Source: Eubacteriales bacterium (GTDB lineage Bacteria > Bacillota > Clostridia > Oscillospirales > CAG-382). Taken from it: a DNA stretch of 64,000 bases. Where the stretch lies: assembly GCA_045533335.1 (NCBI GenBank), contig JAZSHQ010000055.1:1713-65712 (forward strand). Reading direction: 5' to 3'. The position numbers and the translations under genes were made by a program. Each line of letters opens with the position of its first letter. Position 1 is the stretch's first letter. The notes below the pieces were generated by a model that saw nothing but the letters and a program-made list of their open reading frames with translations, was not told the origin of the DNA and made no database searches. This document shows, piece by piece, positions 44,311-53,911 of this stretch.

Positions 44311-45363
44311 TTATTTTTTATAGAATTTATTAATTATATCAAGCGTTTTTATCAACGTTTCGGGCGCGCCTGCGTAATAAGCGGTCGGGCGAACGCCTAC
44401 GAATTCGCCGAAGCCCTTTTCGTAAGCGTAATAGCGTTCGGGGTAGCCCTCTCTGTCGTAAAACTGCTCGTCGATTTCCATTTCGAAGCCGATTTCGGTG
44501 TTTGATATCTTCTTTCCGCCGATAATATTTCCGTTTATATCGACAACCGCCTGCTTGCGAACGCAATCGCTCACAATTCTTATTTCATCAACGCGCGCGG
44601 GGTTGAAGAAGAAGGACGGCTGAATGATAACGGTATCGAAAATATTCGTAAGATTCACAACGTGGCCGAGGTTTTTCGAGCTCGACGCCACTTCGTGATA
44701 ATAGGGGATCCAAAGAAAATTCTTGCCGAACGAGCGAACGCGCTCGGAAACGACACGCATCGCCTTAACGATAGGGTTGTTAAAATCCTCTTCGGGCTTG
44801 TCGTTATCAAATCTCGTGTAGCCTGCAGTCACAATGTCCTCGCCTGCGAAATAAATACCTTGAACGTTGTTATCCCAAATATCTGCGCGCAAAGAATTCT
44901 TTATAAGGTCAACCGTATCTGCCCACGGCTCGGAGAAAAGGTGGGTAAGCGCGTGCCAGCATTCCGAATGGGGCACCGAAAACCAAAGCTTCACGTCGGG
45001 CTTTATCGCAACAAGTCGTTCTGCATAGGAAATTGCATCGGCAACGTAATCCTTGATATGGTAATTGCCCGCAAGAATCTTGTCCGCTGTTGCGTGATAT
45101 TCCTTTTTTATCGTTTCCAATCGGTTAGGGTCGCCCACCATATCGGGGGTCATTCCGTCGATTATTTCGCGCGTAATAACCTCTGTTTCGTTGCCGTTTC
45201 TGTCAGTAAAGCGGTTAAAGGTCGCGATAGGTATAAGCAGTATTTCCTCGGTAACCTCAAGCAAATTTTCAAGCTCACCGTCGGTCGGCACGTAATATTT
45301 GCCGCCGCTGTATCCGCGGTAGCTCGTGTAAAGCAAAACGCCCTTTTTCATTAACTTGTTCAT
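44311..45363 (-). CDS. Hypothetical protein (DUF4855-like, tentative), adjacent to the rhamnose/glycosyltransferase locus
   Basis: 350-aa ORF with host-like composition. The family name is from memory and uncertain. Confidence 0.65.
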   Translation of the reverse strand: MNKLMKKGVLLYTSYRGYSGGKYYVPTDGELENLLEVTEEILLIPIATFNRFTDRNGNETEVITREIIDGMTPDMVGDPNRLETIKKEYHATADKILAGNYHIKDYVADAISYAERLVAIKPDVKLWFSVPHSECWHALTHLFSEPWADTVDLIKNSLRADIWDNNVQGIYFAGEDIVTAGYTRFDNDKPEEDFNNPIVKAMRVVSERVRSFGKNFLWIPYYHEVASSSKNLGHVVNLTNIFDTVIIQPSFFFNPARVDEIRIVSDCVRKQAVVDINGNIIGGKKISNTEIGFEMEIDEQFYDREGYPERYYAYEKGFGEFVGVRPTAYYAGAPETLIKTLDIINKFYKK

Positions 45364-45456
45364 AGCTTTTCCCTTTCGATGAATCGTGTTTATCGTACGC
45401 TTTTATCATACCGCGCATTTAATCAGATGTCAAGTCCCGATGAGGCTTTAAAGGTG

Positions 45457-45485
45457 TTGACGAAACGCAAAACCTGTTGTATAAT
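45457..45485 (+). promoter_or_regulatory. Sigma-70-type promoter (TTGACG-17 nt-TATAAT) for the rfb operon
   Basis: -35 lies at 45457-45462 and -10 at 45480-45485. Confidence 0.65.
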
Positions 45486-45543
45486 GTAATAAATATACAC
45501 ATTTTCAAGATCTTTCGCTTGTGCACGAATCACGAGGTGTTTT

Positions 45544-46452
45544 ATGAAAGGCATTATTCTCGCCGGCGGGTCCGGCTCAAGATTATTTCCGTTAACAAAG
45601 GTAACCTCCAAGCAGTTGTTGCCCGTTTACGACAAGCCTATGATATACTATCCCCTCTCGGTATTGATGACGGCGGGAATTCGCGACATACTTATTATTT
45701 CCACACCTCAGGATACACCGAGATTCGAAGCGCTTTTGGGCAACGGAAACCAATTCGGCATAGACTTGCAATATGCAATACAGCCAAGCCCCGACGGGTT
45801 GGCGCAGGCGTTTATTATCGGCGAAGAATTTATAGCCGACGATTGCGTAGCGATGATACTCGGCGACAATATTTTTTCGGGCCACGGGCTTAAGGAGCGG
45901 CTTATTTCTGCCGTTGAAAACGCCGAAAACCAAAACGGCGCAACGATATTCGGCTATTACGTTGACGACCCCGAGCGTTTCGGCATAGTGGAATTCGACA
46001 AAAACGGAAAGGCAGTAAGCATCGAAGAAAAGCCCCAACAGCCCAAATCGAACTACTGCGTTACGGGCTTGTATTTTTACGATAACCGCGTTGTGGAATA
46101 CGCAAAATCCTTAAAACCGAGCAAGCGCGGCGAGCTTGAAATCACCGACCTTAACAAGATATATCTCGAAAACGGCAGTCTGAACGTCGAGCTGCTGGGT
46201 CAGGGCTTTACCTGGTTGGATACCGGCACGCACGAAAGCCTTGCCGACGCCACGAACTTTATACGAACGGTCGAAACACACCAACACCGAAAAATAGCCT
46301 GCCTTGAAGAGATTGCGTATTTGAACGGCTGGATAACCGCAGAAGATGTGTTGAAAACCTATGAAGAACTGAAAAACAACCAGTACGGACAGTATTTAAA
46401 GGACGTTCTGGACGGCAAATACATAGAAAAAAGTAAAAGGGGACAGCTATGA
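45544..46452 (+). CDS. rfbA: Glucose-1-phosphate thymidylyltransferase
   Basis: [29 protein letters not shown] and the rest of the sequence are canonical RmlA. Confidence 0.95.
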   Translation: MKGIILAGGSGSRLFPLTKVTSKQLLPVYDKPMIYYPLSVLMTAGIRDILIISTPQDTPRFEALLGNGNQFGIDLQYAIQPSPDGLAQAFIIGEEFIADDCVAMILGDNIFSGHGLKERLISAVENAENQNGATIFGYYVDDPERFGIVEFDKNGKAVSIEEKPQQPKSNYCVTGLYFYDNRVVEYAKSLKPSKRGELEITDLNKIYLENGSLNVELLGQGFTWLDTGTHESLADATNFIRTVETHQHRKIACLEEIAYLNGWITAEDVLKTYEELKNNQYGQYLKDVLDGKYIEKSKRGQL

Positions 46453-47468
46453 CTATAATCGTAACAGGCGGCGCGGGATTTATAGGCAGTAACTTTATTT
46501 TCCATCTATTGCAGAAATATCCCGATTACAGAATAATATGCCTCGACAAGCTAACCTACGCGGGAAATCTTTCTACGCTTGCGTCGGTTATGGAATGCCC
46601 CAATTTCCGATTTGTTAAAGCGGACATTTGCGACCGCGATAGCGTTTATTCGCTTTTCGAGGAAGAAAAGCCGAATATCGTTGTCAACTTTGCCGCCGAA
46701 AGCCACGTTGACAGAAGCATAGAAAACCCCGACGTTTTCCTGCAAACCAACGTTATAGGCACAGCCGTGCTTCTCGACGCCTGCCGCAAATACGGCATCG
46801 ACCGTTATCATCAGGTAAGCACCGACGAGGTGTACGGCGACCTCCCGCTCGACCGCCCCGACCTCTTTTTCACCGAAGCAACGCCGCTTCACACAAGCAG
46901 TCCCTACTCTTCGTCGAAGGCGGCTGCCGATCTTTTAACGCTTTCATATCACCGCACCTACGGCTTGCCGGTTACGATAAGCCGCTGTTCCAACAATTAC
47001 GGGCCTTATCACTTCCCCGAAAAGCTTATTCCGCTTATGATCGCAAACGCGCTTAACGATAAGCCGTTGCCCGTTTACGGCGAGGGCAAAAACGTTCGCG
47101 ATTGGCTTTACGTGGAGGACCACTGTAAGGCTATCGATTTGATTATTCACAAGGGCAAAGTCGGCGAGGTTTATAACGTCGGCGGCCACAACGAAAAGCA
47201 AAATATCGAAATAGTAAAAATAATCTGCAAAGAGCTTAACAAGCCCGAATCGCTTATCACCTACGTCACCGACCGCAAAGGCCACGATATGCGATATGCA
47301 ATAGACCCGACCAAGATACACAACGAGCTTGGCTGGCTTCCCGAAACCAAATTCGATTCCGGCATAAAGAAAACGATAAAATGGTATCTCGACAACCGAA
47401 AGTGGTGGGAAGACATTATTTCGGGCGAATACCAAAGCTATTACGAAAAAATGTACGGCAACAGGTAA
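46449..47468 (+). CDS. rfbB: dTDP-glucose 4,6-dehydratase
   Basis: The motifs [19 protein letters not shown] and YSSSKAAAD (YxxxK) are present. It overlaps the rfbA stop by 4 nt. Confidence 0.95.
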   Translation: MTIIVTGGAGFIGSNFIFHLLQKYPDYRIICLDKLTYAGNLSTLASVMECPNFRFVKADICDRDSVYSLFEEEKPNIVVNFAAESHVDRSIENPDVFLQTNVIGTAVLLDACRKYGIDRYHQVSTDEVYGDLPLDRPDLFFTEATPLHTSSPYSSSKAAADLLTLSYHRTYGLPVTISRCSNNYGPYHFPEKLIPLMIANALNDKPLPVYGEGKNVRDWLYVEDHCKAIDLIIHKGKVGEVYNVGGHNEKQNIEIVKIICKELNKPESLITYVTDRKGHDMRYAIDPTKIHNELGWLPETKFDSGIKKTIKWYLDNRKWWEDIISGEYQSYYEKMYGNR

Positions 47469-47473
47469 AGAAT

Positions 47474-48364
47474 ATGAAATTTTTTGTTACAGGTGTCGGC
47501 GGACAGCTTGGTTATGACGTGGTTAACGAGCTTGAACGACGCAACCACGAATGCATCGGCTCGGATATCTTGCCGAAAGACAACGATGCAGACTACATAC
47601 AACTTGATATAACCGACGAAGCGGCGGTTTTCGATGCTATCGCAAAAATCAAGCCCGACGCGGTAATACATTGTGCCGCGTGGACCGCAGTCGACGCCGC
47701 CGAGGATGAAGCCAACAAGGAAAAGGTAACGGCAATAAACGTTGACGGAACGCGAAATATCGCGCTCGCGTGTAAAACCGCAAATTGTAAAATGCTTTAT
47801 ATTTCGACCGATTACGTTTTCGACGGCAAGGGTGAATTGCCGTGGCCGGCGGATTGCAAAGAATACTGCCCGCAAAATTTTTACGGCAAGACCAAATTAG
47901 AAGGCGAAAACGCAGTAAGCTCGCTTCTCGAAAAATACTTTATCGTTCGAATCGCTTGGGTTTTCGGCAAAAACGGCAACAATTTTATAAAAACGATGCT
48001 GAATTTATCGAAAAAATATTCCTCGTTGCGGGTGGTTTGCGACCAGATAGGCACGCCCACCTATACCAAGCATCTTTCGAGATTGCTTGTGGATATGTGC
48101 GAAACCGAAAAATACGGCTATTACCACGCGACGAACGAGGGCGGATATATAAGCTGGTACGATTTCGCCTCCGAAATATTCAAGCAGGCAAAAATCGATA
48201 TGCAGGTAGCCCCCGTAACCACGGAAGAATACGGGCTATCAAAGGCCGCAAGACCGTTCAACAGCCGTCTTGACAAAAGCAAGCTTACGGAAAACGGCTT
48301 TGCTCCCCTGCCCGATTGGCGCGATGCGCTTGCCGAATTTTTAAAGGAGATAGGCGATGAGTAA
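47474..48364 (+). CDS. rfbD: dTDP-4-dehydrorhamnose reductase
   Basis: The start is set at MKFFVTGVGGQLG. The motifs YISTDYVFDG and YGKTKLEGE are present. The track start 47381 would overlap rfbB. Confidence 0.9.
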   Translation: MKFFVTGVGGQLGYDVVNELERRNHECIGSDILPKDNDADYIQLDITDEAAVFDAIAKIKPDAVIHCAAWTAVDAAEDEANKEKVTAINVDGTRNIALACKTANCKMLYISTDYVFDGKGELPWPADCKEYCPQNFYGKTKLEGENAVSSLLEKYFIVRIAWVFGKNGNNFIKTMLNLSKKYSSLRVVCDQIGTPTYTKHLSRLLVDMCETEKYGYYHATNEGGYISWYDFASEIFKQAKIDMQVAPVTTEEYGLSKAARPFNSRLDKSKLTENGFAPLPDWRDALAEFLKEIGDE

Positions 48365-48902
48365 TTTTAATTTTATTAAAACCGATATCGAAAACGTAAT
48401 AATCGTCGAGCCGCGCGTATTCGGCGACGACCGCGGCTATTTTATGGAAACCTACCAAAAGGAAGCCTTTTTCGAAGGCGGAATAAAATCCGAGTTCGTT
48501 CAGGACAATCAATCGAAATCGAAAAAAGGTGTTCTGCGCGGACTCCATTTCCAAAAAAATCACCCGCAGGCAAAGCTTGTGCGCGTTATAAAGGGCGAGG
48601 TATTTGACGTTGCCGTCGACCTTCGCAAGGATAGCGAAACCTACGGCAAGTGGGTGGGCGTTTTGCTTTCTGCCGAAAACAAAAGGCAGCTGTACGTTCC
48701 CCGCAACTTCGCGCACGGCTTTTTGGTGCTTTCGGAGGATGCCGAATTCGTATATAAGTGCGATGACTATTATCATCCCGAGGACGAGGGCGGTATTATG
48801 TGGAACGACCCGACCATAGCTATCGAATGGCCGATAACCCCCGATATGGAAATTTTGCTTTCCGAAAAAGACACAAAGCACCCGAATTTTAAGGACGAAT
48901 AA
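48357..48902 (+). CDS. rfbC: dTDP-4-dehydrorhamnose 3,5-epimerase
   Basis: FGDDRGYFMETY, GVLRGLHFQ and HGFLVLS are canonical RmlC. Confidence 0.95.
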   Translation: MSNFNFIKTDIENVIIVEPRVFGDDRGYFMETYQKEAFFEGGIKSEFVQDNQSKSKKGVLRGLHFQKNHPQAKLVRVIKGEVFDVAVDLRKDSETYGKWVGVLLSAENKRQLYVPRNFAHGFLVLSEDAEFVYKCDDYYHPEDEGGIMWNDPTIAIEWPITPDMEILLSEKDTKHPNFKDE

Positions 48903-48905
48903 AAA

Positions 48906-50096
48906 ATGAAACAGGGCTTCTACACCTTCTTTTACAAAAGGCTCCCGAACGAAAAAATTTGCGTAATACTTGCAACGCTTGCTTATTTTGCCTACTGTGC
49001 CGCATTTTTTGTGAAAAAGACTTTTACAAAAAAACGCATAGTTACAATGGATCCCTCGGTTGCAAAGGAAATAATAACGGCAAAATATCCGAAAATCGAA
49101 ACAAGGGCGGAGGTTGTTAATCTTCCCTTGGACGAAAATCTCGATCTTTCGATAATTATGCCTATATACAATTACGAAGATCTGATAGAACAAACCATAT
49201 CCGCCGCGTTGAATCAGAAAACCAAATACAATTACGAGCTTATTCTTGTCGACGACGGCTCGCGCCAGCCCGCAAAGGATATTCTCGAAAAGTTCAAATC
49301 ACACCCCAAGGTCAAGGTGATACATCAGGAAAACGGCGGTATCGGCGCGGCAAGAAACACGGGCTTGAACAACGCATCGGGCAGATATTATATGTTTATC
49401 GACTGCGACGATATCGTTCACGACGATATTGTCGAAACGCTTTTGTCGAAGGCGTATAAAAACGACCTCGATATGGCTATCTGCGCCCACAATCTTTCGA
49501 AGGAATCGGGCGGCAAAATAACCTCGGTAACCCCTAATATTTATCCGAAATACAACCTTATGCGCTATAAGGACGGCGATTATCTTTGGAACTATCCGGG
49601 GTTGCCGTGGTGCAAGGTCTATAAGCGCGAAATGTTCGAAAACATTCGCTTTCTCCCCGATTATTGGTACGAGGATACGATAATACACTTCTTGGTGTTC
49701 CGTCTTTGCAAAACCTTCGAATATATTCCCGAGGTGAAATACGAATACCGTTGGTACGAAAAAAACTTTTCGCATATTCAGACAAAAGCCCCCGACCGCG
49801 CGGTGCAACGCTATTGGATGCTTGAAAGATGCATAGAGGATACCGTTCGCTTCGGGCTCGATACCGGCGTGATATTTTATAAACTTCTGCTTCGGCACTT
49901 GGGCTCGTTTTACTATTACAACGTCAGTAATATGGACGAAGAAGCGGTAAACGCGATGTTTGTGCTCGCTTCGGAGCTGCTAAAAAAGTACGTCCCGAAG
50001 GAAAAATATCACCTCCCCTATGCACTTAAGCAGTTGGAAAAAGCCTTGCTGACCAACAATATAGAGCTTTGGAAGCTCGCCTGCACGATACAATAG
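48906..50096 (+). CDS. Family-2 glycosyltransferase
   Basis: The motifs LSIIMPIYNYEDLIEQTISAALNQ, ELILVDDGS and FIDCDD are present. The first ~47 codons (a hydrophobic segment) are uncertain; the alternative start is ATG 49047. Confidence 0.85.
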   Translation: MKQGFYTFFYKRLPNEKICVILATLAYFAYCAAFFVKKTFTKKRIVTMDPSVAKEIITAKYPKIETRAEVVNLPLDENLDLSIIMPIYNYEDLIEQTISAALNQKTKYNYELILVDDGSRQPAKDILEKFKSHPKVKVIHQENGGIGAARNTGLNNASGRYYMFIDCDDIVHDDIVETLLSKAYKNDLDMAICAHNLSKESGGKITSVTPNIYPKYNLMRYKDGDYLWNYPGLPWCKVYKREMFENIRFLPDYWYEDTIIHFLVFRLCKTFEYIPEVKYEYRWYEKNFSHIQTKAPDRAVQRYWMLERCIEDTVRFGLDTGVIFYKLLLRHLGSFYYYNVSNMDEEAVNAMFVLASELLKKYVPKEKYHLPYALKQLEKALLTNNIELWKLACTIQ

Positions 50097-50103
50097 AAAA
50101 GTC

Positions 50104-50137
50104 AACACCGCGGAATGTTTCCGCGGTGTTTTCTTTA
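50104..50137 (+). terminator. Rho-independent terminator
   Basis: The stem AACACCGCGG / CCGCGGTGTT is followed by TTCTTTATT. Confidence 0.75.
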
Positions 50138-50476
50138 TTCTCCGTCTTGGTCATAGGATTTTTGGCAAAGCGTTCTTTTTTTACAGTACGGGCATTTGGT
50201 TACAAATTCAAAGCTGTCCTCGGGCGAATGCGAGGCGGCAAATCTCACAACGCGCTTTTTTACCCAAAAATGCCCATAGCACTTACTGCATCGCGCCCAA
50301 AAGTTCTTTGGCATATTCACGATAAACAATACCGTGCTGAACACAACTATTGGGAACGAAACGATAAAAGTAAACCACCACGGAACGTCGTAGGTCGCGC
50401 CGCCCCAGTGCAGTTCGCACCCCGAAAGCAAAATAACATTACACATAAACGCCAATGCCAAAAGTGATTTTTTCAT
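50135..50476 (-). CDS. Small membrane protein with a C-terminal CxxC...CxxC zinc ribbon
   Basis: 113 aa from ATG 50476 (MKKSLLALAFMC..., GAGGA SD). It has two hydrophobic segments followed by CSKCYGHFW...(28 aa)...KCPYCKK. Confidence 0.6.
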   Translation of the reverse strand: MKKSLLALAFMCNVILLSGCELHWGGATYDVPWWFTFIVSFPIVVFSTVLFIVNMPKNFWARCSKCYGHFWVKKRVVRFAASHSPEDSFEFVTKCPYCKKRTLCQKSYDQDGE

Positions 50477-50708
50477 TCTTCTATCCTCGATTCGTTGCAT
50501 ATACCGTGTTTTTTACAGTGCGGACATTTCAAAAACGCCGAATTGTTCGCCATATTCGAAAATATATGTTTTTCCGCTTTTCCTGCACAAATCTCTGCTT
50601 GCAATGCGGGCAGACAAAAACCTTTCCCTTTATATTTCTTTTACTGCACAGAGCGATTATTATTAAAAACACCGTCACAGCGATAGCGCCGATAATGAAT
50701 TTTCCCAT
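50473..50708 (-). pseudogene. Small TM plus zinc-ribbon gene, paralogue of 50135-50476, apparently interrupted by a 1-nt frameshift
   Basis: ATG 50708 follows a GGAGGG SD that overlaps the merR stop. Frame A gives MGKFIIGAIAVTVFLIIIALCSKRNIKGKVFVCPHCKQRFVQEKRKNIYFRIWRTIRRF* (stop ends at 50529). A second frame continues ...NMANNSAFLKCPHCKKHGICNESRIEE*, and its TGA overlaps the ATG of the next gene. The second CxxC is therefore out of frame. Confidence 0.4.
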
Positions 50709-50717
50709 AGTGCCCTC

Positions 50718-51404
50718 CTAAAGCTCGTAATAGCTCAGCCAAAGACCGTTGATTTTTTCTTCGAAAACCACAAATTTTATACGCAAGCCTAACTTTTCGT
50801 AGCGCAAAAGGCTGTAATAAACGTTTTCCGCACTGCTGTCGCGCGTGATTCCTTCGAGCGATATAAATTTGCCGAGCGGTAAAAGCGCATCTGCAATAAT
50901 ACTTTGCAATGCAGAAAGCGGAGTATATTTCTGCATAGTTTTGCCGAAAGCGTTGAACAGCTTTTCGTATTCGCCGTTTATAAAAGCTTGTGTGTTTTCG
51001 GCAACAAAAGCATTTTGTATCTGCTTTCGTTCGGGTGTGCAGAGTTTCGGCCCGAAAATATCTCCTCCGTTTTGTATTACGTTAAGCGCGTTATCGAGCA
51101 GACGAGCCGTTTTCGACATTTCTGCAAGCTTGGCAATAATTTCGGACTTGCGCCCGATGATCGCTTGCTCGAGCTCGCTGTCGCCCTTTTGTATTTCGGA
51201 TATTTGCAAAACCGAAAGTCCGAGCGACCGCAAAACCAATATCTTCTTTATAAGCTCAAGCTGATTTTCGGAATACTTGCGCCGATTCGAAAAATGTTTT
51301 GTGCTCTTAATTATACCCTTTTCCTCGTAAAAGCGCAGGGTGCGCGAGGTTATGCCGAGCATTTCGCAAACCTCGGTTATATCGAAAAGTCTTTCGTTTT
51401 CCAT
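50718..51404 (-). CDS. MerR-family transcriptional regulator
   Basis: 228 aa. The N-terminal HTH is FDITEVCEMLGITSRTLRFYEEKGII...RRKYSENQLELIKKILVLRSLGLS, followed by a C-terminal effector domain. Confidence 0.9.
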   Translation of the reverse strand: MENERLFDITEVCEMLGITSRTLRFYEEKGIIKSTKHFSNRRKYSENQLELIKKILVLRSLGLSVLQISEIQKGDSELEQAIIGRKSEIIAKLAEMSKTARLLDNALNVIQNGGDIFGPKLCTPERKQIQNAFVAENTQAFINGEYEKLFNAFGKTMQKYTPLSALQSIIADALLPLGKFISLEGITRDSSAENVYYSLLRYEKLGLRIKFVVFEEKINGLWLSYYEL

Positions 51405-51425
51405 ATCCGCGCCTCCCTTGCTGTT

Positions 51426-51457
51426 ATTATATCACTTGACGCAGGGTCAATGTCAAG
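51426..51457 (-). promoter_or_regulatory. MerR-type promoter: TTGACA-19 nt-TATAAT with a dyad operator CTTGAC-N11-GTCAAG spanning the -35 hexamer and spacer
   Basis: On the minus strand, -35 TTGACA lies at 51456-51451 and -10 TATAAT at 51431-51426, with a 19-nt spacer. The inverted repeat CTTGAC (51435-51440) / GTCAAG (51452-57) overlaps the -35 hexamer and most of the spacer. Confidence 0.7.
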
Positions 51458-51467
51458 TAGGAGCGAC

Positions 51468-51497
51468 AAAAAAAGCAGACAATGCGTCTGCTTTTTT
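51468..51497. terminator. Bidirectional rho-independent terminator
   Basis: The sequence is AAAAAAAGCAGAC-aatgc-GTCTGCTTTTTT. Confidence 0.75.
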
Positions 51498-51850
51498 CGG
51501 TTATAAGCTATGGGCTTGCTTAGCAAGCGTTATACAATAATTAATTCTTGTATTTTTCGGGGACATACGCCTCGAAAAATACACCTTGGGGCTTCGCGAA
51601 TTTGGACAAGCCCAAGCGCGTTTTACTGAGGACGCGCTATTTTGAGGCTAAAATCGGGTTTTTTGGCGAGAGGCTGTAGACATCTACTGCCCGAGCCGAA
51701 AAGCACGATAGAAAAAATCTTAATAAAAACCTTATTGTAACGATTATATCGCACGCAACGCCCTCGCGGGGAGAAGCGGTAAAACAATCTTAACCCCTAC
51801 CGCGGGAACATAAAAAAGATTTTTTCGGTTTAGACCAAAATAGAAGTCCT

Positions 51851-53845
51851 TTAATTTAACTTTACTGCGTGGGTAACACTACCGTAAGAGCAAGCCACAA
51901 GCAGATAATCGAGCGTGATCTGCTTTACGCTGTGTGCGGGGATGGTGATTTCATACTGATAGTTACTGAAAACGCCGCCGTTTTCGCCCAAGCCCGCGGT
52001 ATAATCCGCCGACAATACCTCGCCCGTGTTGCTGTCGCGCACAAGTATCGCAAGAGTGCCGTGGTCGCGCAGGTGGAGCGTTACCTTTCTTTCGGTATCG
52101 CCCTGATTAACAAAGGTGAAGTGATCCTGATATTCGATCATCCAGTTCGCGGTGTTTGCGGGTGCGCCCGAGCCGTCGGCGTGGTCGTTATCGATAACGA
52201 TTTCGTTGCCCTTCGTATCGTGCCATATAAACTCGACCATATCCATACCCACCGCTTGATGATTGTTTTGCGGGTTGAGGTGAGTCATCCAGGTGTATGC
52301 CTTGCTTACGGTATGCGCCGTGCTGTTGTAGTCGGCATAGGGGGTGGTTTTCGAAGGAACGCTGTTGTTATAGTAGTTGGTATAGGTAACGGGAAGCGAG
52401 CAAGCGGGTGTGTTATCGTTAAAGGTCCAGCTCATATAGTTATCGATAACGCCGTGATGATATGCAATGCCCGAATATTGCTGTGAATAAGCACCCGCAA
52501 CGTAACCCAAAGCCTCGGGCTCTGCTTGGACCTGCGATGCATTGGTATAGCAATACATAGTTCCGCTGACTTCGCCGCCCGTAACGGTAAATTTAACGTT
52601 GCCGTTTGCACAGCGAATGGGGTTTACGGGGTGGTCTGCCGAGCCGTCGACGTTGATTTTACGGTATGAATCGGCAGATGTGCCGCCGATAACCCAGAAA
52701 TATTCGCCCGCAGGCAGGCGGTAGGTTGTCGGCTGGTAAACGCGCGGTTTGATATTGATGTATGCATAATCGAGCCCCGAATATTTAGAAGAAATGGCGC
52801 CGTTGGAATTGAAATAATCGTCGGGAAGCTTAAAGGACGTGTTATAGAATTTATACCAAGCCTGCTGACCAAACCAAGTGCCTATCCATTGATACCCGAC
52901 GTTCGTAATCGTAATATAAACGTCGTGGTCGGTGTTGTTTTTAAGCTGATATCCGAGATAAGCATTGCCGCCCGAATAGTTCGCGTGCTCGAAGGTAACG
53001 TAGACCTCGCCCGTTAAGCCGTCGTTGCGCATAAACGCCTTGCCGACGTGCTGTGCGCCGAACTGCTCGGGGTTGTTCGAATAAACGTAGGTGCCGCCCT
53101 CGCGCTTGATATAGTCGATTTCGGCGGGGAGAAGCGGGTTTTCGCCGTCGTTATCGAGCACAAAGCCCGAAGTATCGATAGGCTTTGCAACGTCGTAGGG
53201 GAGCGTAACGAGGTGGTTTTCCGCCGTGGTGGTTATTTTAAAATCGGCGTTTGCTTCCTTTGTGGTAACCGTCAAGGTGTATGCCTCGTCGGCTTTTAAA
53301 GAAACCGAAAGCTCTGTTTTGCCGGACTTTACCTTTTCGCCGTTCTTGGTAAGCGTTATTCCCGTAATATTTTCACCCTTTAAGGTGTATTTATCGGTAT
53401 AGGGCGCGTAAACGGTATAGGAACGCGTTTTGTTCTCGTCGGTAAGGTCATCGATGCTCGAAAGGCGGAATGCGCTTGCTCTGTCCTCTTTATCCTCTTC
53501 GGGATCTTCGGGGTCGGAAACATCTTCCGAGGTATCGGACACGTCGGATTCCGAGCTTTCTTCGTCGGGAAGCGAGCTTTCCGCAGAAGTTTCATCGCTT
53601 GTTTCTTCCTGCGAGCTTTCGGCGTCAAGGCTTGCTTCGGTGCTTGCTTCGCTCGATTCCGCATCAAGGCTTGCTTCGGAGGAAGAATCCGAGCTTTCCT
53701 CGGCTTGCGAGGATGCAATACTGCCTTCCGAAACGGCTTCGGAAGAGGTGTTTTCGCCTTCGCTGCAGGCGGCAAAAACCGATAGCAACATTAAAATCGC
53801 CAAAATGATCGCCGTTATTCGCGAACGGTTGGTTTTTCTTTTCAT
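51851..53845 (-). CDS. Large secreted lipoprotein, unknown function, with an acidic Ser/Glu-rich linker
   Basis: 664 aa with lipobox LLSVFAAC. It has ~120 aa of S/E/D repeats (SSEASLDAESSEASTEASLDAESS), then a ~500-aa aromatic-rich globular region. Confidence 0.8.
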   Translation of the reverse strand: MKRKTNRSRITAIILAILMLLSVFAACSEGENTSSEAVSEGSIASSQAEESSDSSSEASLDAESSEASTEASLDAESSQEETSDETSAESSLPDEESSESDVSDTSEDVSDPEDPEEDKEDRASAFRLSSIDDLTDENKTRSYTVYAPYTDKYTLKGENITGITLTKNGEKVKSGKTELSVSLKADEAYTLTVTTKEANADFKITTTAENHLVTLPYDVAKPIDTSGFVLDNDGENPLLPAEIDYIKREGGTYVYSNNPEQFGAQHVGKAFMRNDGLTGEVYVTFEHANYSGGNAYLGYQLKNNTDHDVYITITNVGYQWIGTWFGQQAWYKFYNTSFKLPDDYFNSNGAISSKYSGLDYAYINIKPRVYQPTTYRLPAGEYFWVIGGTSADSYRKINVDGSADHPVNPIRCANGNVKFTVTGGEVSGTMYCYTNASQVQAEPEALGYVAGAYSQQYSGIAYHHGVIDNYMSWTFNDNTPACSLPVTYTNYYNNSVPSKTTPYADYNSTAHTVSKAYTWMTHLNPQNNHQAVGMDMVEFIWHDTKGNEIVIDNDHADGSGAPANTANWMIEYQDHFTFVNQGDTERKVTLHLRDHGTLAILVRDSNTGEVLSADYTAGLGENGGVFSNYQYEITIPAHSVKQITLDYLLVACSYGSVTHAVKLN

Positions 53846-53911
53846 TTTCCTATCTCCTTGTTGTTATACGGAATTATTATACAAACGAAATGTAATGGAT
53901 TTGTAAAATCC

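Noticed and set aside
48285-49193. 302-aa ORF on the minus strand
   Set aside because: It is antisense to rfbC and the GT2 gene, both of which have canonical motifs.
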